A DNA stretch of 59,787 nucleotides, counting the filler. It is 5 parts of 5 records of this genome, joined end to end, with 100 filler letters (N's around TTAATTAATTAA, not from the genome) between each part and the next. Parts side by side here need not be neighbours in the genome. Positions count along the whole stretch, not along the records: positions 34,827 to 59,787 come from DRR723986_27215; 4 more parts are not named here. One strand, written 5' to 3'. Below the pieces are notes generated by a model. It saw only the letters and a list, made by a program, of their open reading frames with translations, was not told the DNA's origin and did no database searches. How positions within the stretch are numbered: position 1 is the stretch's first letter; every line of letters begins with the position of its first letter. Shown piece by piece: positions 56,968 through 59,787 of this stretch. The position numbers and the translations under genes were made by a program.

Positions 56968-59670
56968 ATGATTCAGTACATCCTTTTTCTGCTTTTTGCA
57001 TTCAGCTTACTTTTTAATCAGTCGAAACCTGAGATTACGGAAACTGACTATCTCGCTAAAGAACGAGCAAGGGTTATTCAGCTAGCAGACAAATATGCTA
57101 GCGAAAAACCAATTACTGTCACGGCAGAAAGTAGCCCAAGATCTGCAGGCGGGATACATGATTTCTATTCCGAAGGAGACTATTGGTGGCCAGATCCAGA
57201 CAATCCAGATGGACCATATATTCAGCGTGATGGCCTAACCAATCCTGACAATTTCACTGCGCATCGTGAAGCGATGATTCGCTTCAGCCAGATTTCTGGA
57301 GCACTGGCTTCAGCCTATTTGGTAACCAAAGATGAAAAGTATGTCATAGCTTTGGCTCCGCATCTGAGAGCTTGGTTTATAGATGAAGCCACCAAGATGA
57401 ACCCAAACTTGCTCTATGCTCAAGCGATAAAGGGAAAAGTAACAGGGCGAGGAATTGGAATCATCGACACCATCCAACTCATGGAAGTGGCCAAAGCAAT
57501 CGAATCAGTGGAAGATTCAGAAGTGATTTCTGATTCGGAAATAACGCAGATGAAAGACTGGTTTTCGAAGTATTTGAATTGGATAACTACTCATCCATAT
57601 GGGATAGATGAGCGTGATCATGGAAATAATCACAGTGTATGTTGGGCAATGCAGGCTGCTGTTTTTGCAAAACTGGTAGGTAATCAAGAAGTCCTCGATT
57701 ACTGCAAGGAAATGTATAAAACGGTGCTGCTTCCTGATCAAATGGCAAAAAATGGAAGTTTACCACTGGAACTCAAACGTACCAAACCTTATGGGTATTC
57801 TCTTTTTACTTTAGATGCCATGGCAACGCTTTGCCAAGTGTATGCGGATGATTCCGAAAACCTATTTAGCTACCAAACAGCAGACGGGAAATCTTTGGAA
57901 AAAGGGATTTCATTCCTCTACCCTTTTGTAGAAAACAAGGATTCCTGGCCCTACCAAAAGGATGTGATGTACTGGGACAAATGGCCGGTTCGACATACTT
58001 TTCTGCTTTTCGGAGGACTTGCTTATGATCAGGAACAATACCTTGAGCTATGGAATTCACTTGATGCTGATTTTGACACGCCGGAAGTCATTCGAAATAT
58101 GCCGGTTCGATTCCCAATGCTTTGGCTTTCTGATCAAGAAAAAGAAACCATTGGGGAGTTAGACGCAAAATTAACCTCAGATGCAGCCGCAAAAATAATA
58201 GCTTCTGGGGTAGTGAACTACAGTGACTTTGGGGCCAAAGGAGATGGCAAAACCGATGACATGCAGGCAATCATTTCTGCGCATGAATTCGCCAATGAAC
58301 ATAATCTAAATGTGAAAGCGGATGATGCAGCAAGATATTACATTGGAGAAAAGGCTCGTACAGCCATCATCCAAACTGATACCGACTTTGGTACAGCATC
58401 CTTCTTGATTGACGATAGAAATGTGGAAAATAGAACTTCACCCGTTTTCTTGGTCAGTTCAAGCCTAGAATCTTATAAACTTGATGGCATCACTTCACTT
58501 AAGAGAAATCAGGAGAAAATTGACATCACTTTGCCAGGTTCTGCGTTGATCACAGTCACCAATTCAAACAAGATGCGGTATATCCGATATGGACTAAATC
58601 AAAACAATGGCGCTCCCCAAACTGATATTTTTCTGGTAGACAAAAATGGAAATGTGGATCAGGATGCTCCTATTATTTGGGATTTTGAGCAAATCACTGA
58701 GATAACAGCTCTTCCCATTGATGAGAAAACCCTGACTATTTCCGGAGGATTTTTTACCACCATTGCCAATCAGGAGGAATCGAAATACAACTATTACAGC
58801 CGAAATATCTCCATACAGCGATCCAATGTTATTGTGGATTCATTGGAGCATCGCGTCATTGAAGAAGGAGATCAAGGAGCTCCATACAGTGGATTTCTAA
58901 ATATATCCAACTGCACAAACGTAACCGTTAAAAACACCATCTTGACAGGTCATAAAACCTACTCGACCATAGGAAATGCGGGGAAACCTGTAACTATGGG
59001 AACCTATGACATCATAGTGAACCGAGCTCTGAATGTATCCTTTGTCAATTGTACTCAGACAAATGACATAGATGACAATGTTTATTGGGGAATCATGGGA
59101 TCAAATTACTCTAAGAATCTGCTTTTCGATAAATGCGTCTTTTCCCGTTTCGATGCTCACATGGGCGTTGCCAATGCCACCATCCGAAACTCTACGCTAG
59201 GGCACATGGGAATTAATGCGATCGGAACTGGGACATTCACTGTAGAAAACTCCACTATTAGAGGAAGAAGTCTAATCAATCTTCGCTCCGACTATGGTAG
59301 CACTTGGGAAGGGAAATTAATTATCCGCAACAGTACTTTTGTACCCATGGGAGGCAAACCCACCAGTCCAGTCTTAATTAGCGGATATAACTCTGGCCAA
59401 CATGATTTCGGCTACACCTGTTATATGCCGGAGCAAATCATTATCGAAAACCTAAAAATTGACGACTCCAATCATCCTGATGATTACCAAGGCCCAGCTA
59501 TTTTTGGAAACTTCAACTCCGAAAGAATAGATGAAAATTACGAGGAAAAGTTCCCATATGTGATAACCAAAGAAGTCACTCTGAAGAATGTGACTACTTC
59601 GAGTGGAAAAGAATTGAGAGTGAGTGAGAATGAGGTGATGTTTAAGGGAGTGAGGGTAGAAAAGAACTAG
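56968..59670 (+). CDS. Alginate-lyase-family (PF05426-type) domain fused to a parallel beta-helix domain
   Basis: HDFYSEGDYWWPDP, GIGIID, NNH and ELKRTKPYGYSLF in residues ~30-385; then YSDFGAKGDGKTDD and beta-helix-like N/T/I-rich repeats. Confidence 0.85.
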   Translation: MIQYILFLLFAFSLLFNQSKPEITETDYLAKERARVIQLADKYASEKPITVTAESSPRSAGGIHDFYSEGDYWWPDPDNPDGPYIQRDGLTNPDNFTAHREAMIRFSQISGALASAYLVTKDEKYVIALAPHLRAWFIDEATKMNPNLLYAQAIKGKVTGRGIGIIDTIQLMEVAKAIESVEDSEVISDSEITQMKDWFSKYLNWITTHPYGIDERDHGNNHSVCWAMQAAVFAKLVGNQEVLDYCKEMYKTVLLPDQMAKNGSLPLELKRTKPYGYSLFTLDAMATLCQVYADDSENLFSYQTADGKSLEKGISFLYPFVENKDSWPYQKDVMYWDKWPVRHTFLLFGGLAYDQEQYLELWNSLDADFDTPEVIRNMPVRFPMLWLSDQEKETIGELDAKLTSDAAAKIIASGVVNYSDFGAKGDGKTDDMQAIISAHEFANEHNLNVKADDAARYYIGEKARTAIIQTDTDFGTASFLIDDRNVENRTSPVFLVSSSLESYKLDGITSLKRNQEKIDITLPGSALITVTNSNKMRYIRYGLNQNNGAPQTDIFLVDKNGNVDQDAPIIWDFEQITEITALPIDEKTLTISGGFFTTIANQEESKYNYYSRNISIQRSNVIVDSLEHRVIEEGDQGAPYSGFLNISNCTNVTVKNTILTGHKTYSTIGNAGKPVTMGTYDIIVNRALNVSFVNCTQTNDIDDNVYWGIMGSNYSKNLLFDKCVFSRFDAHMGVANATIRNSTLGHMGINAIGTGTFTVENSTIRGRSLINLRSDYGSTWEGKLIIRNSTFVPMGGKPTSPVLISGYNSGQHDFGYTCYMPEQIIIENLKIDDSNHPDDYQGPAIFGNFNSERIDENYEEKFPYVITKEVTLKNVTTSSGKELRVSENEVMFKGVRVEKN

Positions 59671-59758
59671 GATTCCAAAATCACACAAACATCATAACAA
59701 AAACTAAAACTAAATCAATTGAAAATCAGCATTTAAGGCCGAGAATATTATATTTATT

Positions 59759-59787
59759 AGCCCTGAAAGGGCATAATATCATAGCAA
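59759..59787 (+). repeat. REP-like hairpin GCCC-TGAAA-GGGC at the window end
   Basis: AGCCCTGAAAGGGCATAATATCATAGC, cut off by the window end. Confidence 0.5.

Overview
This window is not one locus. It is five contigs joined by four identical artificial 100-bp linkers (N44-TTAATTAATTAA-N44 at 11611-11710, 18171-18270, 26403-26502, 34727-34826), from about four different bacteria. Contig A (1-11610) and contig D (26503-34726) look like one FCB-group/Bacteroidota-related organism because they share two intergenic repeat families. A encodes T9SS-sorted secreted proteins, a YiiX-like amidase, an O-methyltransferase and two ~500-aa helical-repeat proteins. D encodes a Pif1-like helicase, an AlkD-like protein, a Crp/Fnr regulator and AcnB. 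Contig B (11711-18170) is Marinobacter-like: acyl-CoA dehydrogenase/LysR, an EAL protein, and a beta-decarboxylating dehydrogenase plus class III aminotransferase. Contig C (18271-26402) is Roseibium/Labrenzia-like: a TRAP transporter between two ThDP enzymes, ureidoglycine aminohydrolase, and REP-type repeats at both ends. Contig E (34827-59787) is Algoriphagus-like: phoBR-type two-component system, rplM-rpsI-rpsB-tsf, thiL, mce, gcvT, amylase, sulfatase, two toxin-antitoxin pairs and an alginate lyase/beta-helix fusion. Taxonomic labels come from recognising sequence style, not from a search. The best candidates for undescribed biology are (i) a dispersed repeat built around a decayed ~87-bp palindrome, found in several intergenic regions of contigs A and D, (ii) two distantly similar ~500-aa helical-repeat proteins, each divergent from uncharacterised or secreted-protein genes (candidate new regulator class), (iii) a structured non-coding segment at 5034-5273, and (iv) a two-module polysaccharide lyase fusion. 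I found no rRNA, tRNA, CRISPR array, integrase or transposase.
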